DNA of 64,000 bases from Marivibrio sp. (GCF_040218065.1 NZ_JAVJQE010000013.1:590457-654456), one strand, 5' to 3'. Positions 18,212-28,070 are shown, counted from the stretch's first letter. Notes: a model not told the origin generated them from the letters alone. Numbers and translations: made by a program.

Positions 18212-19702
18212 ATGAGTCACGACGCCACGCAGCACCCCATACCCGACGTCACCACCAATCCGTTCGACGACGACAAGCTGCGCGAGGAGTGCGCCGTCTT
18301 CGGCATCTTCGGCACCGAGGACGCGGCCGCGCACACCGCGCTCGGCCTGCACGCCCTGCAGCACCGCGGGCAGGAGGCGAGCGGCATCGTCACTTATGAC
18401 GGCGAGGAGTTCCGCGCCCACCGCGCGCTCGGCCAGGTGGGCGAGGTTTTCGGGCGCCAACAGGTGATGGAGCGGCTCAAAGGCTCGGCCGCCATCGGCC
18501 ACAATCGCTACTCCACCACCGGCGACCCGATGGTCCGCAACACGCAGCCGCTGTTCGCCGATTTCGAGTTCGGCGGCCTGGCGGTCTCGCACAACGGCAA
18601 CTTGACCAACGCCGTCCATTTGCGCCGCGAACTGGTGCACGGCGGCGCGATCTTTCAGTCAACGACGGACACCGAGGTCATCATCCACCTGCTGGCCCAG
18701 GCCAAGGGCGGCGTGACCGACCGGTTGACCGAAGCGCTGCGCCGGGTCGAGGGCGCCTACAGTCTGGTCTGCCTGACGCGCAAGAAGCTGATCGGCGTGC
18801 GCGACCCGCTGGGCGTGCGCCCGCTGGTCCTCGGCAAGCTGGGCGGCGCCTACATGCTGGCCTCCGAGACCTGCGCCTTCGACATCATCGGCGCGGAGAA
18901 GGTGCGCGACGTCGAAGCCGGGGAGATGATCGTGATCGACGACGAGGGCGTTCACTCCACCTTCCCCTTCCCGCGGCTGAAGACCCGGTTCTGCATCTTC
19001 GAGTACGTGTATTTCTCCCGCCCGGACAGCGTGGTCGAGGACAAGAGCGTCTATGAAGCGCGCACCGCCATCGGCCGTGAACTCGCACGCGAGAAGCCGA
19101 TTGAGGCGGACGTGATCGTCCCCATCCCGGATTCGGGCGTGCCCAGCGCCATCGGCTACGCAGAGCAGTCGGGCGTGCCCTTCCAGTACGGCATCATCCG
19201 CAACCACTATGTCGGGCGCACCTTCATCGAGCCGACCGACGAGATCCGCAATCTTGGCGTCAAGCTGAAGCACAACGCAAACCGACAGGTGGTCGAGGGC
19301 AAGCGCATCGTGCTGGTCGACGACTCGATCGTGCGCGGCACGACCAGCCGCAAGATCGTCGAGATGATGCGCCACGCCGGCGCGACCGAAGTGCACATGT
19401 GCATCGCCAGCCCGCCCACGACCTACAGCTGCTTCTACGGCGTCGACACGCCCGAGCGCGACAAGCTGCTGGCGGCGAAGTATTCGTTGGAGGAGATGCG
19501 CACGCTGATCGGCTGCGACAGCCTGACCTTCATCTCGATGGACGGGCTCTACCGTGCGGTCGGGCTGGCCGGCCGGGACGCGGCGCGCCCGCAATACTGC
19601 GACGCCTGCTTTTCCGGCGAGTATCCGATCCCGCTGACCGACCAGGAGCGCCAGCCCGGCAAATCGGCGCAGCTTTCCCTATTGAGAGAACAGGCGAGAT
19701 AA
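18212..19702 (+). CDS. purF: amidophosphoribosyltransferase
   Basis: ECAVFGIFG (N-terminal Cys nucleophile after processing), HNRYSTTG, PRPP motif VLVDDSIVRGTT, and C-terminal Cys cluster. Confidence 0.97.
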   Translation: MSHDATQHPIPDVTTNPFDDDKLREECAVFGIFGTEDAAAHTALGLHALQHRGQEASGIVTYDGEEFRAHRALGQVGEVFGRQQVMERLKGSAAIGHNRYSTTGDPMVRNTQPLFADFEFGGLAVSHNGNLTNAVHLRRELVHGGAIFQSTTDTEVIIHLLAQAKGGVTDRLTEALRRVEGAYSLVCLTRKKLIGVRDPLGVRPLVLGKLGGAYMLASETCAFDIIGAEKVRDVEAGEMIVIDDEGVHSTFPFPRLKTRFCIFEYVYFSRPDSVVEDKSVYEARTAIGRELAREKPIEADVIVPIPDSGVPSAIGYAEQSGVPFQYGIIRNHYVGRTFIEPTDEIRNLGVKLKHNANRQVVEGKRIVLVDDSIVRGTTSRKIVEMMRHAGATEVHMCIASPPTTYSCFYGVDTPERDKLLAAKYSLEEMRTLIGCDSLTFISMDGLYRAVGLAGRDAARPQYCDACFSGEYPIPLTDQERQPGKSAQLSLLREQAR

Positions 19703-19706
19703 TCTC

Positions 19707-20432
19707 ATGTCAGGTCGATTGGAGGGGCGGATCGCGCTGGTAACGGGCGCCAGCCGGGGAATCGGACGCGCGGTCGTGGAACGCTTCGCGCAAGAAGGCG
19801 CGCATGTCGTCGCGCTGGCGCGCACCGTCGGGGCGCTCGAAGAGCTGGATGATGCGATCAAGGCGGCCGGCCGGTCCGAGGGCGCGACGCTCGTGCCCGT
19901 CGATCTGCGCGATCTCGACAAGATCAACATGATCGGAGCCTCGCTGCACGAGCGTTTCGGGCGGCTGGACGTGCTGGCCAGCGTGGCCGGAGAGTTGGGC
20001 GGCCTGTCGCCGGCGCACCATTTGGCGCCGAAGACCTGGGACAAGACGCTGGCCCTGGACCTTACGGTCAATCATCGTCTGATCCGCGCCTTCGATCCGC
20101 TGCTGCGCCAGGCCGAGGCGGGCCGCGCGATCTTCACGACCTGCGTGCGCGGGCGCGAGCCGAAGGCGTACTGGGGGCTGATGGCGGCCGCCAAGGCGGG
20201 GTTGGAGGCGCTGGTCAAGAGCTACGCCCAGGAGCTGGAGAAATCCGCGCTGCGCGCCAATCTGGTGGACCCCGGGCCGTGCGCCACGCGGCTGCGCTTC
20301 CAGGCCTTCCCGGGCGAGCCCGAGGACGCCCAGATCGCGCCGAGCGACCCGGCCGTCACCGACCTCTATGTCCGTCTGGCGGAGGCGTCCTGCGTCGAGA
20401 ACGGCGTCGTGCTGACCCGCGAGGCCCCCTAG
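19707..20432 (+). CDS. SDR-family oxidoreductase
   Basis: TGASRGIG cofactor motif and YxxxK region (YWGLMAAAK). Confidence 0.85.
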   Translation: MSGRLEGRIALVTGASRGIGRAVVERFAQEGAHVVALARTVGALEELDDAIKAAGRSEGATLVPVDLRDLDKINMIGASLHERFGRLDVLASVAGELGGLSPAHHLAPKTWDKTLALDLTVNHRLIRAFDPLLRQAEAGRAIFTTCVRGREPKAYWGLMAAAKAGLEALVKSYAQELEKSALRANLVDPGPCATRLRFQAFPGEPEDAQIAPSDPAVTDLYVRLAEASCVENGVVLTREAP

Positions 20433-20460
20433 CGCCGACGCCGCTCTTCGGCGCCGCCGG

Positions 20461-20886
20461 TTAGCGAATTTTCCGCATCCGCCAAACGCCGGTGCATTCC
20501 TCAGACAGCCACGTCCCTTCGGCCTCATCGCCGTCAAAGGCGCCCTCCAGCTCGGCCGAGTCCACCTCATAGCGCGCGAACATCCGGCCGTCGGCGAGGT
20601 CGCCGTCTTCCAAGATGAAGCCGGTGAGAGGATTGGAGCCGGTGCGCTGGCGCACCATGCCGTCTATCGAACCGCCTTCGATCGTCGCGCGCAGGCCGCC
20701 GCGCGTGATCTCGCAGGATCGGGTGCGGGTGACGACCTCGAAATGGCCGACCCAGGCGCCGTCATAGGCGGCGCTGGCGCCCCGAATTTGGCGCATCGCC
20801 TCGGTGCAACCGACGAGCGCGAGCGCCGCCAGCGCAAGCGCCGTCAGCGCCGCCGCGCGCAGGAAAGACGCTTGGGAAACGGGCAT
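20461..20886 (-). CDS. hypothetical lipoprotein
   Basis: Signal peptide with lipobox LALVGC. No recognisable domain. Confidence 0.55.
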   Translation of the reverse strand: MPVSQASFLRAAALTALALAALALVGCTEAMRQIRGASAAYDGAWVGHFEVVTRTRSCEITRGGLRATIEGGSIDGMVRQRTGSNPLTGFILEDGDLADGRMFARYEVDSAELEGAFDGDEAEGTWLSEECTGVWRMRKIR

Positions 20887-20949
20887 CGGCTCCTCCTTCT
20901 CGTCGTAACGGACGTCGGTCGGCGGTTTGCGCGGCGGCGTCGCGCCGGC

Positions 20950-22545
20950 TCAGCGCTTCGGCGCGAACGGGTTCTTACCCTGCCGCACGGAGAGCCGCAA
21001 CGGCGTCCCGTTCAGACCGAAGTCCGCGCGCAGGCCGTTCGCCAGATAGCGCAGATAACTCTCCGGCAGGCCGGCGGCCTGCGATGCGAAAAGGATGAAG
21101 GTCGGCGGCCGGATGCGGGCCTGGGTCATGTAGCGGATTTTGACCCGCCGGCCCTTCACAAGAGGCGGCGGGTGGGTTGCGGTGCGGTCCGCAAGCCACC
21201 GGTTCAGCGCGGAGGTGGGGATGCGCTTGTTCCAAACGTCGTAGACGCGGAACGCCTCCTCGATCAGCTGGTCGAGATTGCGGCCCTTGAGCGCCGAGAC
21301 GGTCACGATCGGCGCGCCGCGCGCTTGCGGCAAAGAGGTCTCGAAGCGGTCTCGCAGCTTCTGCATCGCCTCCTTCTTGTCGACGATGCTGTCCCACTTG
21401 TTGGCGGCGATGACCAGGGCGCGACCTTCCTCGAGAACCTGCCGGGCTATGGTCAGGTCCTGCTTTTCCAGCATGTCGTTGGCGTCGAGCAGCAGCGCCA
21501 CCACATGCGCGAAATCGATGGACCGGCGGGTGTCGAGGGCCGAAAGCTTCTCGACCTTGTCCGTCACCTTGGCCTTCTTGCGCAGGCCGGCCGTGTCCAC
21601 GAGCTTCAGCGAACGGTCGCGCCAAAGCCAGTCTAGGGCGATGGAATCGCGCGTGATCCCAGCCTCCGGGCCGGTCAACAGCCGGTCCTCGCCGATCAGG
21701 CGGTTGATCAGGGTCGACTTGCCGACATTCGGTCTTCCGACCACCGCGAGCTGCATCGGCTTGGCCCGCAGCGCCTCTTCCAGCGCCGCCGCCTCCTCCG
21801 GCAGATGGTCGGCCTCTTCGGGCACGGCGAAGATCTCGTCGCTTTCGTCGCCGACCTGTTCCCCGTCCTCCTCGAGCGCCGCCGCAAGGTCCGGGAAAAG
21901 TTCCGGCGCCCCCTCGGCGGCGACCGGCGTCAGTTCGGCGTCGCGAACGCCGGCGCGCTCGGCGCGCGCCTGCTTCGCGGCCATGCCCTCGGCGATCAGG
22001 TCGTAGAGGTCGGAAAGCCCTTCGCCATGCTCGGCCGACAACGGCAGCGGTTCGCCCAGCCCCAGCGCGAAGGCCTCCATCCGTCCCGCTTCGCCGGCGC
22101 CGCCCTCGCATTTGTTGGCGGCCAGCGCGACGCGCCCGCCATGGCGGCGCAGAACCTCTGCGAACCGCTCGTCCAGGGGGGCCAGGCCGGCGCGCGCGTC
22201 GACCAGCATCAGGGCCAGATCCGCCTCCTGGATCGCACGCTCAGTCTGTTGGCGCATCCGCGCCTCCAGGCTCTTGTCGTGGGCGTCCTCATATCCGGCG
22301 GTGTCGATCACTCGGAAAACGAGATCGCCGATGCGCCCCTCCCCCTCGCGCCGGTCGCGGGTGACGCCCGGCGTGTCGTCAACGATGGCCAAGCGCTTGC
22401 CCACCAGCCGGTTGAAGAGCGTCGACTTGCCCACGTTGGGGCGCCCGACGATGGCCAACGTGAAAAGGTCCGCGGACGGTGTCGCGAGACCGGCCTTGTC
22501 GAGCGCGCGGGAGCCGCGGCGGGACGATGATCGAGAACGCGCCAT
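20950..22545 (-). CDS. der: ribosome-biogenesis GTPase Der (EngA) with acidic inter-domain insert
   Basis: Two G domains (GRPNVGKSTLFNRL and GRPNVGKSTLINRL) and a KH-like C-terminus. About 60 aa of D/E/A-rich linker lies between them. Confidence 0.95.
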   Translation of the reverse strand: MARSRSSSRRGSRALDKAGLATPSADLFTLAIVGRPNVGKSTLFNRLVGKRLAIVDDTPGVTRDRREGEGRIGDLVFRVIDTAGYEDAHDKSLEARMRQQTERAIQEADLALMLVDARAGLAPLDERFAEVLRRHGGRVALAANKCEGGAGEAGRMEAFALGLGEPLPLSAEHGEGLSDLYDLIAEGMAAKQARAERAGVRDAELTPVAAEGAPELFPDLAAALEEDGEQVGDESDEIFAVPEEADHLPEEAAALEEALRAKPMQLAVVGRPNVGKSTLINRLIGEDRLLTGPEAGITRDSIALDWLWRDRSLKLVDTAGLRKKAKVTDKVEKLSALDTRRSIDFAHVVALLLDANDMLEKQDLTIARQVLEEGRALVIAANKWDSIVDKKEAMQKLRDRFETSLPQARGAPIVTVSALKGRNLDQLIEEAFRVYDVWNKRIPTSALNRWLADRTATHPPPLVKGRRVKIRYMTQARIRPPTFILFASQAAGLPESYLRYLANGLRADFGLNGTPLRLSVRQGKNPFAPKR

Positions 22546-22596
22546 GGCGCGGGTGATCCTTCTTTCAGAGCCCAGGCGCCGCGGCGGCCCGCCCGC

Positions 22597-23925
22597 TCAC
22601 CGATAGGCGATCAGGTCGCCGGCGTCGGTCTGCAGATAGACGATCCCGTCGGCGACGATCGGGGCGATCCGAATCGCCGAACCCACGTCGATCTTGCCGA
22701 GAGGGTCGCCGGTGTAGGGCGACATCGACCAAAGCTCGCCCAGATTGTTGCCGATCAGCAGCCGGTCCTTGACCAGCACCGGGCCGACCCACGTGATCGG
22801 ATCGTCGCGATCCTCCTCGTCCTCGAAGCGCGGCATGGGCGTCGCCCAGCGCACCCGACCGCCCTGGCGAGTCACGGCGAGGAGAATCTGATCGGTGGTC
22901 AGCATGAACAGATAGTCGCCGGCGACCCAGGGGGTCTCGGCGCCGCCGATGCGGCGGTCCCAGGCCCGGGCGCCTGTACGCAAATCGATCGCGATCATGC
23001 GGCCTGCGTGGCTGACCGCATAGACCAGGCCGCGATCGACCACCGGGCGCGCGCGAATATCGGCCAAGCTGGCCAGCGCGTCGACCCGACGGGTTGAGGT
23101 CAGATTCTCCTGCCAGCTTACCCGACCGTTGCCGAGGCGCAGCGCGAACAGTTCGCCCGACGAATAGGGCACGATCACGGTCGCATCCGAAATCGCGGGG
23201 CTGGCGGCCCCCAGTAGTCCGGCGGTCTCTGCGAAGCCGGCGTGGCTCCAGACCTGCTCGCCGCTCTCCAGATCAAGCGCCGCCGCCTGGTTGTCCAGCG
23301 TGATCGCGACCGCGCGGCCGTCAGTGATCGTGGCGGCGGCCCGGATCGGACCCGACAGGTTGCGCCGCCACAACTCGGCGCCGTCTGCGGCGTTGACGGC
23401 GACCACTTCCGCGTAGCCGGTCGTCGCGACCAGAATGCCGTCGGCGTAGGCGAGGCCTCCGCCGAACGCTTCGTCATCCTCGTCCGGCGGCTCCGCGTCG
23501 AAGCGCCACAGCCGCGCGCCCGTCTCGGCGTCGAAGGCGCGGATCTCGAAATCGCTGTCCATCGTGTAGATGCGCCCCTGGGCGACGACCGGACCCGAAA
23601 GGACGCGCTGGTCGTCGTCGGAGCCCGAACCGATGTCGGCGCGCCAGATCGGCGCCAGATCGTCGCCGGCCATCAGATGATGCATGGCGTGATCCGGATA
23701 GCCGCCGGCCTGGGGCCAGCCCTCATTGAGGTAAGGCGGGGGCAATTTGACGGTCAGGTCGGAAAGCCGCGGGTCCGGCTCGACATCGCTTTCGGAGATC
23801 ATGACCGCGATGCGTTCGCCGGGCAGCGGCGGATCCGCCTCGTCGCCGAACCACCCGCAGCCCCCGAGCAAAAGGCCCGCGCCGATAAGCGTCGCCGACG
23901 CCCGCAGAAGAGCGCCCCGGGTCAT
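22597..23925 (-). CDS. bamB: outer-membrane assembly lipoprotein BamB (PQQ-like beta-propeller)
   Basis: Start at MTRGALLRASATLIGAGLLLGGCGWF (lipobox). Repeated G.VYA / LWR propeller blades. Conserved yfgM-bamB-der order. Confidence 0.85.
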   Translation of the reverse strand: MTRGALLRASATLIGAGLLLGGCGWFGDEADPPLPGERIAVMISESDVEPDPRLSDLTVKLPPPYLNEGWPQAGGYPDHAMHHLMAGDDLAPIWRADIGSGSDDDQRVLSGPVVAQGRIYTMDSDFEIRAFDAETGARLWRFDAEPPDEDDEAFGGGLAYADGILVATTGYAEVVAVNAADGAELWRRNLSGPIRAAATITDGRAVAITLDNQAAALDLESGEQVWSHAGFAETAGLLGAASPAISDATVIVPYSSGELFALRLGNGRVSWQENLTSTRRVDALASLADIRARPVVDRGLVYAVSHAGRMIAIDLRTGARAWDRRIGGAETPWVAGDYLFMLTTDQILLAVTRQGGRVRWATPMPRFEDEEDRDDPITWVGPVLVKDRLLIGNNLGELWSMSPYTGDPLGKIDVGSAIRIAPIVADGIVYLQTDAGDLIAYR

Positions 23926-24575
23926 TCGCCCACCGCGCGCAGGATTTCGGCGGCGCGGCTGCGGCTTTGCTGGGGCGCGTCGGCGCTGTCCGCGATGGCG
24001 CTCAGACGCTCGCGCGCGCCGGCGGGATCGCCCGCCTGAAGGGCCAGACCGGCGGCCGCCTCCAGCGCGGTGAAGCGCCACGGCGCGCCGGCCTCTTCGT
24101 GCGGGGCGATGCGGGCCAGCAGATCTTCCGCATCGCGCCCGTCGACCTGGGCGGCCTGCGCAATCGCCAACACCTCCGCCAGGTCGCGATAGAGCTCGTC
24201 GACGCCTGAATCCGCCGCGATCGCCTCGTAGATCTGCGCCGCCGCGGCATGATCGCCGGCCTGCCCGTAGAGTCCGGCCGCGCGCATCAGCGCCGCCAGC
24301 TCATAGCCGCCGGGCGCGTTCTGGGCCAGGCTTTCAAGCCGTCCGGCCGCTTCCGCCGGCGCAGAGTCGATCGACCCCTCGCTCAGCGCGGCCTGATAGC
24401 GTTCGGCGGTCTCCAACTGCTGCGAGCGCTCGTAGGAGCGCCACCAGGTGTGCGCCCCTGCAGCCAGGATCGCGATCACCGCCAAAGCGATGAAATAGCG
24501 GCCATAGCGCGTCCACAGATTCTTGGCGCGCTCGCGCCGCAGATCCTCTTCGACTTCGGTGAAGATGTCAGCCAC
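23922..24575 (-). CDS. YfgM-like membrane-anchored TPR-like protein
   Basis: (V)ADIFTEVEEDLRRERAKNLWTRYGRYFIALAVIAILAAG is a single TM followed by a helical-repeat domain. GTG start at 24575 is inferred. Its stop overlaps the bamB ATG. Confidence 0.6.
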   Translation of the reverse strand: MADIFTEVEEDLRRERAKNLWTRYGRYFIALAVIAILAAGAHTWWRSYERSQQLETAERYQAALSEGSIDSAPAEAAGRLESLAQNAPGGYELAALMRAAGLYGQAGDHAAAAQIYEAIAADSGVDELYRDLAEVLAIAQAAQVDGRDAEDLLARIAPHEEAGAPWRFTALEAAAGLALQAGDPAGARERLSAIADSADAPQQSRSRAAEILRAVGE

Positions 24576-24808
24576 GGGGCCCTCGTCCTTGCTAAGCGGC
24601 GTCGCGCGCTGTCCGGTGATTGCGCCGAACGCGCGCCGTCGCCTGTATTTACGGAACCCAAGCCGCCGGGGCAACCGGCGCGCGCAGACGACGATGCGCC
24701 TCAGGCCGTGGATTTTGGCGCGCATCTTGCTTCTGACGTGACGAGACGATGGACGGACGCGATCGGCGACGCCGCCGCGCGCCCCAGGAACGAGGATTAA
24801 CAAACGCT

Positions 24809-25138
24809 ATGGTGCGATGGAGCTTGAGAGGCGCCGCGCTGGCCGCGAGCCTGACGCTGGGGGGGTGCATCGGCGGCGTCGGGACGGGTGCGCTGCTCGC
24901 CGCCGGCGCGACCACCACGACGGTGCTGGAGGACAAGCTGCCGAGCGACTTCATCGCCGAGGCGGTGACCGGCCAGGATTGCAGCTATATCCGCCAACTG
25001 GAAGACAAAGGCCCGTTGTGCCGGCCGGAGCGGCGCGAGGTCATCGAGCGACCGCTCTACTGCTACCGGACGCTGGGCCAGATCGAATGCTTCGAGGAGC
25101 GCGACCCGTACGGCATCGGCCAGCGCACGGTGAATTGA
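24809..25138 (+). CDS. hypothetical small lipoprotein
   Basis: MVRWSLRGAALAASLTLGGC lipobox. Four further Cys. No recognisable domain. Confidence 0.5.
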   Translation: MVRWSLRGAALAASLTLGGCIGGVGTGALLAAGATTTTVLEDKLPSDFIAEAVTGQDCSYIRQLEDKGPLCRPERREVIERPLYCYRTLGQIECFEERDPYGIGQRTVN

Positions 25139-25274
25139 CGACCCCCCGCCCCTCCCGGTTTCCCGGAATCGATCCTTCCGGCGGCGAGTTCTTTCGGTTA
25201 CGCTTCGATGACGAACGCCCGGCGACGGGACAGCGTCCTGTCGCGCCGATTGACCGTGGAGGCCGGCCGACCGC

Positions 25275-25616
25275 ATGACGGAGCTGATCGATTTCGCCGA
25301 TTACCGCCGCCGCGCCGCGCCGAAACAGCGGGTGCGCTTCGATCGCGACGAGTTCCGGCAGTTGATGGACTGCTACTCGCGCCGGGTCATGACCGGAGAG
25401 TGGAAAGACTACGCGCTCGATATATACGGGCCGGTCGCGGTGTTCTCGATCTTCCGTCACAGCCTCGAGGCGCCGGCCTACGCCGTCGCCAAGCGCCGCA
25501 ACGGCAAGGATGACGAATTCATCCTGCGCAGCGGCAAGCGAACCCTGAAACGGGCCCGCGCGCTGCAGGACGTGCTCAGCGTCTTCGACAAGCCGTTGCG
25601 GCTGATCGACGGCTGA
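25275..25616 (+). CDS. conserved alphaproteobacterial hypothetical protein (DUF2794-like)
   Basis: 113 aa. FDRDEFRQLMDCYSRRVMTGEWKDYALD resembles the DUF2794 family as I recall it. Unverified. Confidence 0.6.
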   Translation: MTELIDFADYRRRAAPKQRVRFDRDEFRQLMDCYSRRVMTGEWKDYALDIYGPVAVFSIFRHSLEAPAYAVAKRRNGKDDEFILRSGKRTLKRARALQDVLSVFDKPLRLIDG

Positions 25617-25764
25617 AATCCTATCTAAGGTTTGAAAGCGCGACGTCGGGACGGTCGGTCCGGCGGAGGGCCGATCCATCCTACCCTAGGAATGTTCGCT
25701 TCTTGTTCGGCTATCGCCTACGGCCTATCGTTTCCGCATCACCGACGGCACGGGCGGCGGCGCG

Positions 25765-26067
25765 ATGGGGCGGATCAAACGACAGGCGATCGAGCGGGAG
25801 GAGGCGACGCGCCGGCGCGCCGTGCTGGGAGATCTGATCGTCTACGGCGCCGACGTGTTCTGCTGGTGCAATCGATGCGGCCATAACGCGGTTCTGGAGC
25901 TTGAGGCGATGCTCGCGCGATTCGGCCCGGCGCAGGAGGTGCCGGGGCTGAGCGCGCATCTGCGCTGCGGCGGCTGCGGCTCCAAGGACGTGGCGACGCG
26001 GCCAAATTGGCCCTCCCTCGGCCAAGTGACGCACCATGAGGCGATGGAGCCCCAGGAGAACCCGTAA
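25765..26067 (+). CDS. small zinc-ribbon-like protein of unknown function
   Basis: CWCNRCGH ... LRCGGCGSKDVATRPNW, two CxxC pairs. Pattern matches a multi-copy small-protein family of Rhizobiales and relatives, from memory. Confidence 0.6.
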   Translation: MGRIKRQAIEREEATRRRAVLGDLIVYGADVFCWCNRCGHNAVLELEAMLARFGPAQEVPGLSAHLRCGGCGSKDVATRPNWPSLGQVTHHEAMEPQENP

Positions 26068-26078
26068 AAGCGGCGCGC

Positions 26079-26323
26079 GATTCGCCCGCCGAGTCGCCGC
26101 GCCAACATTTTGATTCAGTGAGAGAATTCAGAACTTCGCCGCAGCACGGCCACGATTTCGCCGCGCGGACGCTTGACCCTTCGGCCGGAATCGCGGCGTC
26201 CCTTTGCGCGCAAATACGGGAATTGGGCGCGACTCCGCAGAAAAGCGCTTGAGACTCGAAATCACGCCGTATATTGTGCTCATCAGATCAGGCAACACTA
26301 TATATGGGGACGCGGGGTGAGTC
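26079..26323. promoter_or_regulatory. cluster of seven GANTC (CcrM-type) sites plus promoter-like TTGAGA-N15-TATATT upstream of the gcrA-like gene
   Basis: GANTC at 26079, 26091, 26112, 26188, 26231, 26253 and 26319. TTGAGA at 26249-26254 and TATATT at 26270-26275. A 10-bp stem 26307-16/26343-52 lies in the leader. Confidence 0.5.
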
Positions 26324-26465
26324 CGCGAACGGGAGAGGTCTGCCCGCGTCCCGCCGGCCAAGCGCCGGTCTTACGCCTGATCCCGCGTAATGACCAGGGG
26401 GCGACAAGCCCGCCAGCCCAGGCGGCGCGTCCGAACCCCGCAACCGACGGCGAGGTCTTCGAACG

Positions 26466-26801
26466 ATGGAATGGACGGACGAGCGCGTAGCGACCCTCAA
26501 GGGCATGTGGCTGAGCGGGTACACCGCCCGGCAGATCGCGGAGCGCCTGGGCGGCGTCACCCGCAACGCGGTGATCGGCAAGGCGCATCGGCTGGGCCTG
26601 TCGACCCGCCCCTCGCCGATCCGCCGGCATGAGCCGGCCCCGATGATCCGCACGGTGGAGCGCACCTGCCAGTGGCCGATCGGCCATCCCGGCAGCGCGG
26701 AATTTCACTTCTGCGGCGGCGAGGCCGTCTCGGGCAAGCCCTATTGCGAGAAACACTGCGGCGTCGCCTATCGCCGCGGCAGTTCGGATTCGAACGGCTG
26801 A
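26466..26801 (+). CDS. gcrA: GcrA-family cell-cycle regulator (compact, 111 aa)
   Basis: MEWTDERVATLKGMWLSGYTARQIAERLGGVTRNAVIGKAHRLGL N-terminal domain, plus C-terminal CQWPIGHPGSAEFHFCGGEAVSGKPYCEKHCGVAY. Confidence 0.8.
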   Translation: MEWTDERVATLKGMWLSGYTARQIAERLGGVTRNAVIGKAHRLGLSTRPSPIRRHEPAPMIRTVERTCQWPIGHPGSAEFHFCGGEAVSGKPYCEKHCGVAYRRGSSDSNG

Positions 26802-26953
26802 ACCGCCGACCGATCCTCCAGGCGGGCGCGGATGACGCTCTGCGGCGGGCGGCGGGTCGAAACGGCCCGCCGCCCGAATGCATGAGCCCCCGGTCGTCAT
26901 GACGACCCGCAAAGATCCGCCAGACCCGGCGGTCCGCAAAGGCGACGCACAGC

Positions 26954-28069
26954 ATGAGCGACACACCGGCGAGTTCCGACGACGAGGCGAAAGGCCGCCG
27001 CCAGAGCGCGGTTCTGGCCGTCTTCGCCTCCTTTGCGCTGGCGGCGCTGGCGATCTACGTCATGGTGGAGGCGCAGTCGATCCTGCTGCCCTTCGTGATC
27101 GCCGTTTTCATCGTGATCTTGCTGGACAGCATGACGGCGCGCTTCTGCGCGTTCGAGGTCGGCGGTCGCCGTCTGCCGATGTGGGCGGGGATGAGCGTGT
27201 CGATCTGCGTGATGATCGGCGCCCTCGTGCTGCTGGGCGACATCGTCGCGAGCAACATCGCCGCCGTCACCGAGCGGGCCCCGAACTACCAGCAGAACAT
27301 CCAGGCGCTGCTTAAGAGCTGGACCGAACGTCTCGGCGTCGACGCCCTGCCGAGCGTGCAAAGCCTGGCGCAGGAAATCGACGTCGCGGGCGTGTTGCGC
27401 ACCGCCGCTTCGCAGATCACGGCGGTCGCCGGCAACATCTTCACGATCCTGTTCTACGTCGTCTTCATTCTGCTTGAGCAAGCGACCTTCAAACTCAAGA
27501 TCAACGCGCTTTTCCGCAAGGAGGACGACGCCGAGCGAGTGCGCGCCACGGTGCGACGCATCAGCCGCGACATTCAGCGCTATATCGGCCTGAAGACGCT
27601 GGTCAGCGCGCTGACGGGTCTGTTCAGCTATGCGGTGATGGCGATCGTCGGGGTCGATTTCGCCGGCTTCTGGGCGGTGCTGATCTTCATCCTAAACTTC
27701 ATCCCCTATGTCGGCTCGCTGGTCGGCGTCGCCTTCCCCTCGGTCTTGGCGCTGATCCAGTTCCCGAATCCGGTTTATTTCCTGGTCACGGCGGGCGTGC
27801 TGACGGGGGTTCAGGTGACGGTCGGCAATGTGATCGAGCCGCGGTTGATGGGCCGGTCGCTCAATCTCAGCCCGCTGGTGATCCTGCTGTCGCTCGCTGT
27901 CTTCGGATCGATCTGGGGGATCGTCGGCATGGTGCTCTCGATCCCGTTCATGGCGATCGCGATGCTGATCTGCGCGCAGTTCGAGCCGACCCGCGCCATC
28001 GCTGTGGTGCTCTCGGCCGACGGCAAGGTGACGGCGCCCGGCGAGGCCTCCGATTCGAAGCGGGCGTGA
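26954..28069 (+). CDS. AI-2E family transporter (PerM/UPF0118)
   Basis: Multi-TM protein with FILNFIPYVGSLVG and GNVIEPRLMG motifs. Confidence 0.85.
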   Translation: MSDTPASSDDEAKGRRQSAVLAVFASFALAALAIYVMVEAQSILLPFVIAVFIVILLDSMTARFCAFEVGGRRLPMWAGMSVSICVMIGALVLLGDIVASNIAAVTERAPNYQQNIQALLKSWTERLGVDALPSVQSLAQEIDVAGVLRTAASQITAVAGNIFTILFYVVFILLEQATFKLKINALFRKEDDAERVRATVRRISRDIQRYIGLKTLVSALTGLFSYAVMAIVGVDFAGFWAVLIFILNFIPYVGSLVGVAFPSVLALIQFPNPVYFLVTAGVLTGVQVTVGNVIEPRLMGRSLNLSPLVILLSLAVFGSIWGIVGMVLSIPFMAIAMLICAQFEPTRAIAVVLSADGKVTAPGEASDSKRA

Positions 28070-28070
28070 T

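Noticed and set aside
20950-22545. Der at 531 aa as a possible gene fusion or frameshift
   Set aside because: Both G domains and the KH-like domain are intact and in one frame. The extra length is an N-terminal basic tail plus an acidic linker, consistent with the low-complexity expansions seen in other proteins here.
26128-26490. ORFs 26128..26361 (-) and 26173..26490 (+) in the gcrA upstream region
   Set aside because: No SD, Arg/Pro-rich unconvincing translations, and they overlap each other. The region is better explained as promoter plus structured leader. I also could not match the leader to any riboswitch class by eye.
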